Shown piece by piece: positions 19,430 through 27,981 of a stretch of 64,000 bases of DNA. Below the pieces are notes generated by a model, which saw only the letters and a program-made list of their open reading frames with translations, was not told the DNA's origin and did not search any database. How positions within the stretch are numbered: position 1 is the first letter of the stretch; each line of letters starts with the position of its first letter. The DNA is taken from positions 352,001-416,000 of IMG/VR virus record IMGVR_UViG_3300049988_000286; one strand, 5' to 3'. This DNA is from a virus. Lineage: Duplodnaviria > Caudoviricetes. The position numbers and the translations under genes are program-made.

Positions 19430-20007
19430 TGATGGGCTACGCAATTGGAATTCTCATCGGTTTCGGCGTCCTCGCCGCCGCCGTGGTGTGGCTGATCTTG
19501 TCGGCAACGACGGCATCGCGAACGGTGCGCGCGACGGTCTCGCTCGCCGCGTTCCTGATCGTCGGTGCGCTGTCCTTCTGGATCGCGCGCCCGTGGGCGT
19601 TCATCGACAACTACGAACTCGGCTACGTGTATAATCGGGTCGATGGTAGGATCACTGTCGCGCCGCACACCGGCTACATCGCGCGCGTACCGTTCTTCGA
19701 GAACGTCCACATGATCGATCTGCGTCCGCGACAGGTCTGCATCAACGTCGGTGGCAACTCCAACGGCTCGTTCTCGATCAATCAGCGCGTCCTCAACTGC
19801 AAGCTGGTGTCCTTCAACCCGGCGGGTCTCAACACCTTCGTCGCGTGGCATGGTCGCAACGACTACGAAGGCGAGACGCTCAATGATCTGCTCAAGATTT
19901 ACGCCTATGATCCCGGCGGTCGCACCTTCCCGTTCCTCACCGTGAGCGACGAGACGCGAGCGGTAGCGACGGGTTCGACGCCGATCGGCGCGCCGGTGAC
20001 CCAGTGA
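19429..20007 (+). CDS. membrane protein with an SPFH/band-7-like N-terminal module
   Basis: Two TM helices followed by IDNYELG, TGY and IDLRP motifs. Confidence 0.65.
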   Translation: MMGYAIGILIGFGVLAAAVVWLILSATTASRTVRATVSLAAFLIVGALSFWIARPWAFIDNYELGYVYNRVDGRITVAPHTGYIARVPFFENVHMIDLRPRQVCINVGGNSNGSFSINQRVLNCKLVSFNPAGLNTFVAWHGRNDYEGETLNDLLKIYAYDPGGRTFPFLTVSDETRAVATGSTPIGAPVTQ

Positions 20008-20432
20008 GGGCGTGGATCGCAGGACTGGTCGTGGGAGGGTTGGCAATTCTCGCCCTCCTGCTGACCGTCAATCATGTCGAGCCCGGTGAGGCCGGGCTGG
20101 CGTGGAACCCGTTTCGTGGAACGGTCGTGGTGCAGACGCCGGGATATTACGTCACCCCGCCATGGGAGCGGGTGGCTTCGATCGACATCCGCCCACAGCG
20201 ACTGTGCCTCACCTCCTCCGCGCACGCGGCACCCAATTGCCGACTCGCGCAGTTCAGGATCGAGCGCGTCAACGACTTCATCGCGGTAGAGGGCTGGCGT
20301 TACTACTGGCTCGCCAATCGGCTATCGTTCAACTCCGGACACGCAGAAACGTATCGGGGCTGGCGTGATGTGATGCGCGGTTACGCGTTCGCGCACAAGC
20401 CGGTGTCATTCATCGACGTTCAGGAACAGTAA
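20004..20432 (+). CDS. membrane protein, tandem paralog of 19429-20007
   Basis: TM helix followed by VEPGEAG, PGYYVTPPW and IDIRP motifs. Confidence 0.65.
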   Translation: MRAWIAGLVVGGLAILALLLTVNHVEPGEAGLAWNPFRGTVVVQTPGYYVTPPWERVASIDIRPQRLCLTSSAHAAPNCRLAQFRIERVNDFIAVEGWRYYWLANRLSFNSGHAETYRGWRDVMRGYAFAHKPVSFIDVQEQ

Positions 20433-20966
20433 TTACTCTCCCGCCTCGCGAGCGACGATCATGACGTTCTCGGGGCGGAAGACCACGATCTGACCTCTGA
20501 TCTGGCTCGACGCGTCATAACCCCCTACGAAGTCCGTGTAGGCAAGGAAGCGATTGAAGTCGGTCATACGCTTCGCCATGTCGAGGAAGTCGTCATAGTC
20601 ATAGCGGCTGTTTGTGTCAGGACCGAAGGTGTCATCCATGAACAGGCAATGGCCCTCATAGGCGGCGCGCATCTTTGCTTCGCGGTCACCGAGATCGAGT
20701 AGCGGACCCTTCTTGATGTAGCAGGAAAGGACGAAGCCTTTGGACCTCGCCCATGTGTTGGCGAGCCATTTCACATCGGTGACATAGACGCCCTGACCGA
20801 GTTCATCATAGCCTCGTGTCTTCGGCAGCCGAAAACCAGTGAAGCGGCGGTTGGTGCCGTGGTAGAGGATACGGGTGGTATCGAAGCCTTGTGCCTCTGC
20901 TTCGGCTTGCATTTTGGGAGAGATCGTCTTCATGATCCGCTCGCAGAGAATTTCATCGAAACGCAT
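20433..20966 (-). CDS. late gene with internal-protein-like N-terminus, H-clade ADP-ribosyltransferase-like (ART-PolyVal-like)
   Basis: MRFDEILCE start; LYHGT, GQGVYVT and QIVVF motifs. Confidence 0.75.
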   Translation of the reverse strand: MRFDEILCERIMKTISPKMQAEAEAQGFDTTRILYHGTNRRFTGFRLPKTRGYDELGQGVYVTDVKWLANTWARSKGFVLSCYIKKGPLLDLGDREAKMRAAYEGHCLFMDDTFGPDTNSRYDYDDFLDMAKRMTDFNRFLAYTDFVGGYDASSQIRGQIVVFRPENVMIVAREAGE

Positions 20967-20970
20967 CCGC

Positions 20971-20976
20971 TATTTA
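20971..20976 (-). promoter_or_regulatory. late promoter TAAATA
   Basis: TAAATA-4 nt-ATG(20966). Confidence 0.75.
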
Positions 20977-21037
20977 ATCAAATAGTCCTTGACCGTTTGG
21001 CGAACTATGGTGTAGATGGTCGCCAAGGAGCAATGCT

Positions 21038-21259
21038 ATGCAGATCAAGACCCCCGTCGCCTACGCGGATCGTCGCGATGTCGTCCTCTCGAACGTCAAG
21101 GCGGGCTCCGTCGCGCGCGGACGCGAGAACATCCTCTACGCGCAGGTGCATGACCTCGATGGTGAACTCATCATGTCGGCGACGCTGGGGGATATCCTCG
21201 CCGCCGCTGCGGAGCGGGGCTACAACTTCGTCTCCCCGCGCTCGGATAACGCACGGTGA
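21038..21259 (+). CDS. hypothetical protein
   Basis: AAGGAG SD; TTGACC promoter at 20989. Confidence 0.75.
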   Translation: MQIKTPVAYADRRDVVLSNVKAGSVARGRENILYAQVHDLDGELIMSATLGDILAAAAERGYNFVSPRSDNAR

Positions 21260-21900
21260 CCCTCGTTGCCAAAGCGGAAAACCGCGTGGAGACTCTGACT
21301 GCCGAGGTCGCCGATCTCAAGGACGATATCTCTTGGGGGATGTACTCCAAGGACAATGAGGGCCAGCGCAAGCTGCGCGACAAACAGGAGGAGTTGCGTT
21401 CTGCCGAGCGTGCCCTCACCGCCGCGAAGTATGATAGCGCCGTCGCGCCCGGTATCTCGGTTGATCGTCTCGATCGTCTCGCCGCCGAGCGTCGGCACAT
21501 CTATGGCACGATCGAGGCGATGGCTCGCCGTATCGCCGTAATGCGGAACAAGTGCGTGCGGGGGTTCAACTTCAAGTCGGTCGAACGCCACGAGATCAAC
21601 GACTTCGATCGCGACGAGTGGGAATATCGGACCGACAAGGACTCGACCGAGGAATTCCTCCACGTCACCTTCATGCGCTACTACATGTGCGACGGCGAGT
21701 CGGCGGAGATCAGCTTCCCGCTCACCTACCTCGACGATCCCGACTGGGAGAAGACGGAGGCGGATGTGCTGCGCGCCAAGGAAGAGGCACGCCTCGAAGC
21801 CTTGACGGCTAGCTGTCGGTTGGGCGAGGAACAGCGCATCCTCGATGAGCGCGCCCAATACGAGCGCTTGTCCAAGATTTACGGACCGAAGCCGGACTGA
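21256..21900 (+). CDS. hypothetical coiled-coil protein
   Basis: GTGA overlap; charged heptad pattern. Confidence 0.75.
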   Translation: MTLVAKAENRVETLTAEVADLKDDISWGMYSKDNEGQRKLRDKQEELRSAERALTAAKYDSAVAPGISVDRLDRLAAERRHIYGTIEAMARRIAVMRNKCVRGFNFKSVERHEINDFDRDEWEYRTDKDSTEEFLHVTFMRYYMCDGESAEISFPLTYLDDPDWEKTEADVLRAKEEARLEALTASCRLGEEQRILDERAQYERLSKIYGPKPD

Positions 21901-22157
21901 TGCTAGTCGAGATTGAGTTTTACGGCACGGAAGCGCAGATCGCCGCCGATCTGAACGCACTGCGCCGCAATGGCGTCCCGTTCATCGGTGTTTCGCGGGA
22001 TCGTTCCGATCGGCTATATCATAGCTCTCGCACCATAATTGTGAATTTCAAGAACGACGGGTCTTTGCCGTACCATTGGGCCACGCATGTGCGTTCTCGT
22101 GACATCGATCTCGTGAAATTGATTACTCAACACGTCGTAGGTGTCTTGACAAGATAG
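21900..22157 (+). CDS. paralog family B protein
   Basis: RRNGVPF and VRSRDIDLVKL motifs. Confidence 0.65.
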   Translation: MLVEIEFYGTEAQIAADLNALRRNGVPFIGVSRDRSDRLYHSSRTIIVNFKNDGSLPYHWATHVRSRDIDLVKLITQHVVGVLTR

Positions 22158-22178
22158 TTCGGTGTGCTATTAGGGCGG
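22154..22178 (+). repeat. 25-bp promoter repeat, copy 1
   Basis: ATAGTTCGGTGTGCTATTAGGGCGG, identical to 22682-22706; downstream of TTGACA. Confidence 0.9.
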
Positions 22179-22197
22179 CTCGAAAGGACACCTGAAG

Positions 22198-22638
22198 ATG
22201 AAGATCGAAACCATCCGTTCGCAGATCGAAAACAGCGTGATTGAGACCATCGTGGTCGATGAGGCGATTGTTCGAGATTTTAACGGCATGATGCCGCTTC
22301 AATACAGTCGCTTGGATTTTCTCAAACTGATGCGCGGCAATGGCGAATCTGGAGTTTATCTCGAAAGGTGGGACACCTATCCCACGGGAGCAGCTATCCG
22401 ACCAACCATCGTCGGCGTCGGCGTTTACGGTTACAAGATTACGTTGAACAAGCACACCTTCGGTCTGACGCTGAACGAATTCACGGCTGGGGTTGGTCAC
22501 ACGGTTCAGCCCACAGCGTTGCTTGATGAGCTTGCACCGGGTGGTTGGACGACGTGGGGTGGCATCTTGTTCTTTACGGAATCCGTTGATGCCCAGCGTG
22601 TTCGAAATCACTTCAACACCGCTTCAAACGCGTTCTGA
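22198..22638 (+). CDS. hypothetical protein with family A-like C-terminus
   Basis: AAGGA SD; ILFFTESVDA motif. Confidence 0.7.
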   Translation: MKIETIRSQIENSVIETIVVDEAIVRDFNGMMPLQYSRLDFLKLMRGNGESGVYLERWDTYPTGAAIRPTIVGVGVYGYKITLNKHTFGLTLNEFTAGVGHTVQPTALLDELAPGGWTTWGGILFFTESVDAQRVRNHFNTASNAF

Positions 22639-22681
22639 TACTTCAGATTCCGTTCGCTTCATGTAAAAAGCACTTGACGAC

Positions 22682-22706
22682 ATAGTTCGGTGTGCTATTA
22701 GGGCGG
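22682..22706 (+). repeat. 25-bp promoter repeat, copy 2
   Basis: Identical to 22154-22178; downstream of TTGACG. Confidence 0.9.
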
Positions 22707-22719
22707 GGAGGAGAACACA

Positions 22720-23172
22720 ATGACTTACCCCGCTCTTACCGCTCACACGGACAATTTCACCTCGGTGCAGGTTTCGGTCCTGAACGTGAATGCGTCGGGG
22801 GTCGTCCTCATGGTCCACCAGTTGAGCGACGATACCGTCGTGGGCACCGCGATGCTGCCCGAGGAAGTGCTGGCGCGGACCGACTGGATCGTTCAGTCGT
22901 GCGTCCACCCGCTCGGTAGCGAAATTCCCGCAACGTCGTTCAACGATTCGCGCAAGCCCTTCAATGACTTGAAGGCCATCTCGGATGAGTTGGCGAGGCT
23001 TCGCGACGAGTATTGGATGAGCAACGGCGAGCGCTTCCGGGAACTCGACGGCCCGCATGGCTTGGTGCAACTCACCTCGCACCGCGTCACCTTGCTGCGA
23101 TTCATCGCGCTGGTGTCGTTCGTGGCAATGACGGGCATGTGGCCCAAAGATTTCGACCGTCTCGGACTTTGA
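22720..23172 (+). CDS. hypothetical protein
   Basis: GAGGAG SD. Confidence 0.75.
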   Translation: MTYPALTAHTDNFTSVQVSVLNVNASGVVLMVHQLSDDTVVGTAMLPEEVLARTDWIVQSCVHPLGSEIPATSFNDSRKPFNDLKAISDELARLRDEYWMSNGERFRELDGPHGLVQLTSHRVTLLRFIALVSFVAMTGMWPKDFDRLGL

Positions 23173-23180
23173 GGATAGAC

Positions 23181-23438
23181 ATGGCACAGCGTGATCGCAA
23201 GGACTACCAGATCATGGTAGAGGGCAAGGCCGTGAAACTCGTTGATGCAACGCGCGAGCAGATCGAACTTGCCCTCATGACGGCGCTCGATGTCGTGCAT
23301 GCCGTTGAGACCGATCTGCGTCGGCGACCATCGCTCTCCCTCTTGGACGCGTTCATCACGGGACGTGATACGGAAACGGAGAAGCTTTTGGAGAAGATCG
23401 ATGGTGAAGATGGTGAAGGGTGTGACGTTCGACTTTAA
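23181..23438 (+). CDS. hypothetical protein
   Basis: GAGGA SD before ATG 23181. Confidence 0.7.
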   Translation: MAQRDRKDYQIMVEGKAVKLVDATREQIELALMTALDVVHAVETDLRRRPSLSLLDAFITGRDTETEKLLEKIDGEDGEGCDVRL

Positions 23439-23919
23439 GTGTCGGGAGTGCGACCGCGAATTTGGTAGCAGAGAGGCCCTTGGTCAGCACGTGCGCGACA
23501 AGCACACGGAAGCAGCCGTGGAGGATGGGTTCGTCTCTGCCGAGCAGCGCGAGGTCTTTGAGGTAGATCGTAGCTACCTCCGCACCTCTCATGGCGTTCA
23601 GCGCCTTTCCGTGCTGATGACCTTCGACGCTGATACGGAAAAACTCTACCACCGCGATCTTCGCGTTGCCGCCGCCTATCTCCTCGACATTGCGACGCGG
23701 TATGAGGGTGCGTTTTTGGAGGAGCACTGGACCGGCTACGAGACGATGGAGATGCGCTTCGGTCTCTACCGTGAGGAAACCGACGAGGAATATCGTGATC
23801 GGCTCGAAACGGAAGCAGCACGCGAGGCAGAGCAGCGGTCCAAGATCGCGCGGGAGAGGGAGCGTGCGAACATCGACAAGGCTATCGCGGGTCTTCAGCA
23901 GAAGCGCGCTCGCCTCTAA
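23410..23919 (+). CDS. protein with an N-terminal C2H2 zinc finger
   Basis: CRECDREFGSREALGQHVRDKH. Confidence 0.7.
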   Translation: MVKGVTFDFKCRECDREFGSREALGQHVRDKHTEAAVEDGFVSAEQREVFEVDRSYLRTSHGVQRLSVLMTFDADTEKLYHRDLRVAAAYLLDIATRYEGAFLEEHWTGYETMEMRFGLYREETDEEYRDRLETEAAREAEQRSKIARERERANIDKAIAGLQQKRARL

Positions 23920-23922
23920 ATA
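23917..23922 (+). promoter_or_regulatory. late promoter TAAATA
   Basis: Overlaps the upstream stop; 4 nt to ATG 23927. Confidence 0.7.
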
Positions 23923-23926
23923 GATG

Positions 23927-24361
23927 ATGGATATCAAGCGGCTAATAGATGAGGCGGGGTTCGACGAATACGATCACGACACGGGGACTTCCGGCTTATG
24001 CGCGATGTTCGCACTTGCCCTATACCGCGTCGCGATCAAGGACCGTCCCCGCCTCATTCTATTAGGCTCAATCCGAGACGGTAAGCCCGCAATGGATCGC
24101 CGGGGCGGTATCTACTGGTCCCACGCTGCCGTAGAGATTGCGGGGCGCTTCTACGACATCGAAGGTGAGCAGCAGCGCGAGTGGATGATCGGCAATTACC
24201 TGTGGGGACTGCCACGAAATGCTACACCCGCCTTGCACGAATTGGCCCCGCCGGAATTCATTTCACAGATCAGGGGGACGCCCGCTGCGGTCGATTGGCC
24301 CTTCTACATTTCTTGCCGTGATCGTTTGATTAAAGCTGCGGGGACGATCTCCCAGCATTAA
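23927..24361 (+). CDS. late gene with internal-protein-like N-terminus and papain/transglutaminase-like Cys-His-Asp triad
   Basis: MDIKRLIDEA start; GLCAMFA, WSHAAV and FYDIEG motifs. Confidence 0.7.
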   Translation: MDIKRLIDEAGFDEYDHDTGTSGLCAMFALALYRVAIKDRPRLILLGSIRDGKPAMDRRGGIYWSHAAVEIAGRFYDIEGEQQREWMIGNYLWGLPRNATPALHELAPPEFISQIRGTPAAVDWPFYISCRDRLIKAAGTISQH

Positions 24362-24364
24362 ATA
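24359..24364 (+). promoter_or_regulatory. late promoter TAAATA
   Basis: 5 nt to ATG 24370. Confidence 0.7.
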
Positions 24365-24369
24365 CAGGT

Positions 24370-24609
24370 ATGACACAGCCTGTATCCATGGAAGAAATCA
24401 CCGCCCTCTACCGTGAACTCGAAGCGTGGTCCTACCTCCGCGACGGCATCTACGCCTTCGTCGATTTCGGTCTGATATCACAGCGTGCCGGGTTCGACTG
24501 TCTCGCCGATATGCAAACGATGATCACTCAAGGTTGGTCGGAACTGATCGATGAGCATCGTACCGCCGTTGAGGCGCTGCTAGCCCAGCATGGTCACCGA
24601 TTCTCCTGA
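24370..24609 (+). CDS. late hypothetical protein
   Basis: Follows TAAATA. Confidence 0.7.
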   Translation: MTQPVSMEEITALYRELEAWSYLRDGIYAFVDFGLISQRAGFDCLADMQTMITQGWSELIDEHRTAVEALLAQHGHRFS

Positions 24610-24797
24610 CGATCGTCGATCTCTGGTCTCTCGACGTTGAGTTTGATCAGGAAGAACAGCAGGATGGGCCAAAGCAGGATGCCGAACGCGAAGATGATCC
24701 CGAGATCAGCCTTTGCCTTGGTATCAACGGGGAGCCACCGGATCGTGTAAAGGGCTGCCATCACGGTGACGAGCGCACCAATGTCGTAATAGGTCAT
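24594..24797 (-). CDS. small membrane protein
   Basis: Two hydrophobic helices, LLWPILL motif. Confidence 0.65.
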   Translation of the reverse strand: MTYYDIGALVTVMAALYTIRWLPVDTKAKADLGIIFAFGILLWPILLFFLIKLNVERPEIDDRQENR

Positions 24798-24835
24798 TCA
24801 ACGATGATGCGCCCGGCGTTGCCCTCGGTGCAATA

Positions 24836-25363
24836 TTACAGATACATCGCTGACCGGTCGAAGCCCTTCTCTGCGGCGAGTTCGACCATCTCCTCCGCTG
24901 TCATCTTCTGACGCCCGACGACATATTCATTGGCGAGGCTTTTGTGCTCAATGACGCGACTGTAGACCGGTCGATAGCCGCGTTCACGCAGAAAGCGAGC
25001 AGCGGCGGGAGCAACGCCGGGAGCGGCCGAAACGGTGATGGTCCGGTTGTAGGGCACGTTGCCACCCAAGCGTCCGCGCGCCGTTTGTGGCCGCACGCCC
25101 GTCAGGCGAGCCCAGCGCAGGATCGTGGTCTCCCCCATGCCGTATTTCTTCGCCAGTTCGGTAGTGGTGGAGGTGCGCGCGGACTGAACAAAATCCTCCG
25201 GAGGGGGGAGGCTCTCGCGCTTCGGTTTGATCACCAGCCCGGCATTTTTCCGCATACGCTGCACCACTTTGCGCGAAAGCCCATAGCGATTTGCCAGTTG
25301 GTTATCGCTCTCGATCGGCGCGTATTGGGCAAAATCCTCTGGGATATCATCCGACTTCGACAT
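24836..25363 (-). CDS. tandem HTH DNA-binding protein
   Basis: Two PEDF...LAxxYG...RW/RM repeats; AAGGA SD. Confidence 0.7.
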   Translation of the reverse strand: MSKSDDIPEDFAQYAPIESDNQLANRYGLSRKVVQRMRKNAGLVIKPKRESLPPPEDFVQSARTSTTTELAKKYGMGETTILRWARLTGVRPQTARGRLGGNVPYNRTITVSAAPGVAPAAARFLRERGYRPVYSRVIEHKSLANEYVVGRQKMTAEEMVELAAEKGFDRSAMYL

Positions 25364-25520
25364 GCTGTTTCCTTCCTGCCCGCCGTGTGGCGGATTCCTT
25401 CCTTGATTGCAAGTTCGTGCTTGCGAATTCTTCGCCATTGAGGTAAACCATCATCTCTTCGTGACGAAGATGACTGCTCGGGGGCGGGGTCGAATTCACC
25501 CACAAGCAGGAGTTAGAGTT

Positions 25521-26051
25521 ATGAAGAAGATCAAGACTGTGTTCGCCATTGATCGTGCCACGCATCGCGCTACCGACGAGGTGATCGCGCAGTGGGTCAT
25601 GGATGGCGAGGGGGTGGCGACTATCAAGGTCGATGGCACATCCTGCGCAATCCGGGGTGGAAAGCTGTTTCGTCGCTACGATGCGAAGAACGGCAAGACG
25701 CCGCCGGAGGGCTGGGAGCCCTGTGAAGCCGCTCCCGATCCCCATACCGGCCATTGGCCGGGATGGCTGCCTGTCGAGGGTGACCCGGCGGGCAAGTACC
25801 ACCGGGAGGCGTTTGACGCCCTACTCCCCGATGGCACTTACGAGCTTGTCGGCCCCAAGGTTCAAGGAAACCGATACGGGCTCGACCGTCACGAACTTCG
25901 CCCGCATGGCGCGCAGATCGTAGAGGTTGCGAGGACTCGTGAGGCTCTCCTTGATTGGCTCACGAGCCATGAAGAGGAGGGACTGGTCTTTCACCGCGCA
26001 AATGGTGACATGGCCAAGCTTCGGCGCAAGGACTTCGGTCTGCGCTGGTGA
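25521..26051 (+). CDS. DUF5565 / RNA-ligase-like nucleotidyltransferase
   Basis: TIKVDGT (KxDG), GTYELVGPKVQGN, EGLVF and AKLRRKDF motifs. Confidence 0.75.
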   Translation: MKKIKTVFAIDRATHRATDEVIAQWVMDGEGVATIKVDGTSCAIRGGKLFRRYDAKNGKTPPEGWEPCEAAPDPHTGHWPGWLPVEGDPAGKYHREAFDALLPDGTYELVGPKVQGNRYGLDRHELRPHGAQIVEVARTREALLDWLTSHEEEGLVFHRANGDMAKLRRKDFGLRW

Positions 26052-26055
26052 CAGA

Positions 26056-26080
26056 GGAGAGGGGCGACCCTCTCCTTTTT
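26056..26080 (+). terminator. rho-independent terminator
   Basis: GGAGAGGG-GCGA-CCCTCTCC followed by TTTTT. Confidence 0.8.
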
Positions 26081-26129
26081 CATTTCCTCCTTCGAACTAT
26101 CGTGCTACGCCACGCAGGAGGAGACTGGG

Positions 26130-26525
26130 ATGACAATTTTCTATATCGACGAAGCCGCCGAGCAGGAACTCCGCGCCTTGGCGGAACGCGCTGCGGCAAA
26201 GGTCATCCCGCTGACCTCGCTCATACATGCCGTTGAGATGATGAAGGCGGGAACGCCGATCCGTCTCGTTCCCGCCGATCAAACCATCATGCTCCCCACC
26301 GGCTTCCTCGTCACCTATTCGGTTGAGGAGCAACCGGGCGGCAAGATGCGCCACCTCTCGATGTCCTCGCCCGCTAGCGGCAGGGCACCGATCGAGGCCG
26401 CGTGCGAGATGGTGATGGAGCATCTTGGGTTCCGGACGCGAATGCGATCCTGTCAGGTTTGGCTCGAAGACCTCCCTGACGGCGAGAAGGCCATCAACAT
26501 CCTTGGGCCGTGGCTGGTTCATTGA
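26130..26525 (+). CDS. hypothetical protein
   Basis: GGAG SD; MRHLSMS motif. Confidence 0.75.
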   Translation: MTIFYIDEAAEQELRALAERAAAKVIPLTSLIHAVEMMKAGTPIRLVPADQTIMLPTGFLVTYSVEEQPGGKMRHLSMSSPASGRAPIEAACEMVMEHLGFRTRMRSCQVWLEDLPDGEKAINILGPWLVH

Positions 26526-26872
26526 GCCGCCGTTACGCACTGTCGATACGCTTCTACGACATGGATGAATACGTGGATTGGATGAGGGATCAAGGGATGC
26601 CCTTCCTCTTGAAGCTCTCGCAACAGAATGCTTGGACGGTCTCCCGGCGCGTGAGCGTATTCAAGAAACCCTCACGCGTAGTCATAACAGCAGCGATTAA
26701 TCCAGAGGTGGTTGTTGATATCCGGATGCGCGAGAGCGATCACACGCTCTTGCGCCTTCGCCTTCAGCACGGCAGGTTCGTCTCGTCGCGTGTCAAGAAA
26801 CGCCCCTATCCGATCGGCAAGAGCCATGCTGCTGTTCACAAGTGGCTGTCCAAGAAAATAGTGCAGCCATGA
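26522..26872 (+). CDS. paralog family B protein
   Basis: WMRDQGMPF and IRMRESDHTLLRL motifs. Confidence 0.65.
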   Translation: MSRRYALSIRFYDMDEYVDWMRDQGMPFLLKLSQQNAWTVSRRVSVFKKPSRVVITAAINPEVVVDIRMRESDHTLLRLRLQHGRFVSSRVKKRPYPIGKSHAAVHKWLSKKIVQP

Positions 26873-26894
26873 TCCCGACGAGGTAAACACCCCC

Positions 26895-27191
26895 ATGCTC
26901 ACTCTTCCTCTCCTCTTTTATTGGTGGACCATCGCCCTCATTGGCGCGGGCCTCGGTATCTGGAACGCAATCCGCATCCCGAAGCGCCGCTGGGCTTGGT
27001 TGCTGTTCGGCTATCTCATCGTTGGCCTGTTCTCGCTCGCTTTGCCGATGAAAGCCGCACTACCTGCGACTAGCCTTGTCGGTGTCGTATTCCTGACACT
27101 CATCTGGCCATTCTGGTTCCTGCAATCACTCGGCTATAGCATTCCCGAACTATTGCCGCTATGGTTTCAGGCAATGCTCTTCAACGTATAA
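26895..27191 (+). CDS. membrane protein
   Basis: Three hydrophobic segments. Confidence 0.7.
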   Translation: MLTLPLLFYWWTIALIGAGLGIWNAIRIPKRRWAWLLFGYLIVGLFSLALPMKAALPATSLVGVVFLTLIWPFWFLQSLGYSIPELLPLWFQAMLFNV

Positions 27192-27199
27192 GAGGTCAC

Positions 27200-27511
27200 A
27201 TGTCCGCTTTCGATCAAGCCAAGCGTGTTGTCATTGTCGCGGCAATCCTTGTTCTCGCGCTCACCTTCGCGGCGTGCCTCTTCATGGCGGGGATCAACCT
27301 CATCGCCATGGTGTTCTCCGCCGTCTGGCTGTTCGTCAAGGCCACCCTTTGGTTGATCGCGGGCGCGGCGGCGATCGGGCTTGCGGCATGGCTGAACAAT
27401 TTGCTCCCACGCAAGCGGTATGAAGCACCGCCAAGCGTCGAGGTATTCGCCCCAGATGCCCCGCTACCGGTCCGCCGCCCTGCCTTCACGGTGGTGAGCA
27501 ACGATGAGTGA
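27200..27511 (+). CDS. membrane protein
   Basis: GAGG SD; long hydrophobic hairpin. Confidence 0.7.
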   Translation: MSAFDQAKRVVIVAAILVLALTFAACLFMAGINLIAMVFSAVWLFVKATLWLIAGAAAIGLAAWLNNLLPRKRYEAPPSVEVFAPDAPLPVRRPAFTVVSNDE

Positions 27512-27710
27512 ACCGAAGAAGGGCGAGCGCGACGGTCTGTGTAATCGTCGCGCCTGTCAGGCACCGCTTGCGGGCCAAGAGCAGTGGGTCATGGGACCGC
27601 CGTTCACCTCTGGGGAGAAACTCCATTATTGCGCGAAATGCGCCCAACAGTTTATCGAGGACGATCGCAAATTCGGTGACCCCATTCGGGTAACTTTGGT
27701 CGAAGACTGA
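27504..27710 (+). CDS. small zinc-binding protein
   Basis: GLCNRRAC and YCAKCA motifs. Confidence 0.7.
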   Translation: MSEPKKGERDGLCNRRACQAPLAGQEQWVMGPPFTSGEKLHYCAKCAQQFIEDDRKFGDPIRVTLVED

Positions 27711-27964
27711 TGTCGGTCCTAGTTCACGTTAACCGATCCCACATAGCGATGAACGCCAAGGATGGCGGCAATCGACCCGTCTATACTGTGAAGATGAAGG
27801 GGCGCACGCGTTACGCGCGTGAGGTGATCATCCATGGTCCTTCTCGGATGGTCTACGATGGCACGCAATTGAGTTGCGGGGCACGGGCTTGGTTGATCAG
27901 TGATGCAGAGGTCACGCTCGTGGATGAAATGTCTTTCCAAGAGGCCAGACTTGCCGTAGAGTAG
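27710..27964 (+). CDS. conserved phage hypothetical protein
   Basis: VHVNRSHI...GPSRMVY...LSCGARAW. Confidence 0.75.
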   Translation: MSVLVHVNRSHIAMNAKDGGNRPVYTVKMKGRTRYAREVIIHGPSRMVYDGTQLSCGARAWLISDAEVTLVDEMSFQEARLAVE

Positions 27965-27981
27965 TGGGGAAAGGTTCTCTG

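Noticed and set aside
27900-27981. T-box riboswitch upstream of ileS
   Set aside because: Only 17 nt separate the upstream stop from the ATG, and there is no T-box consensus.
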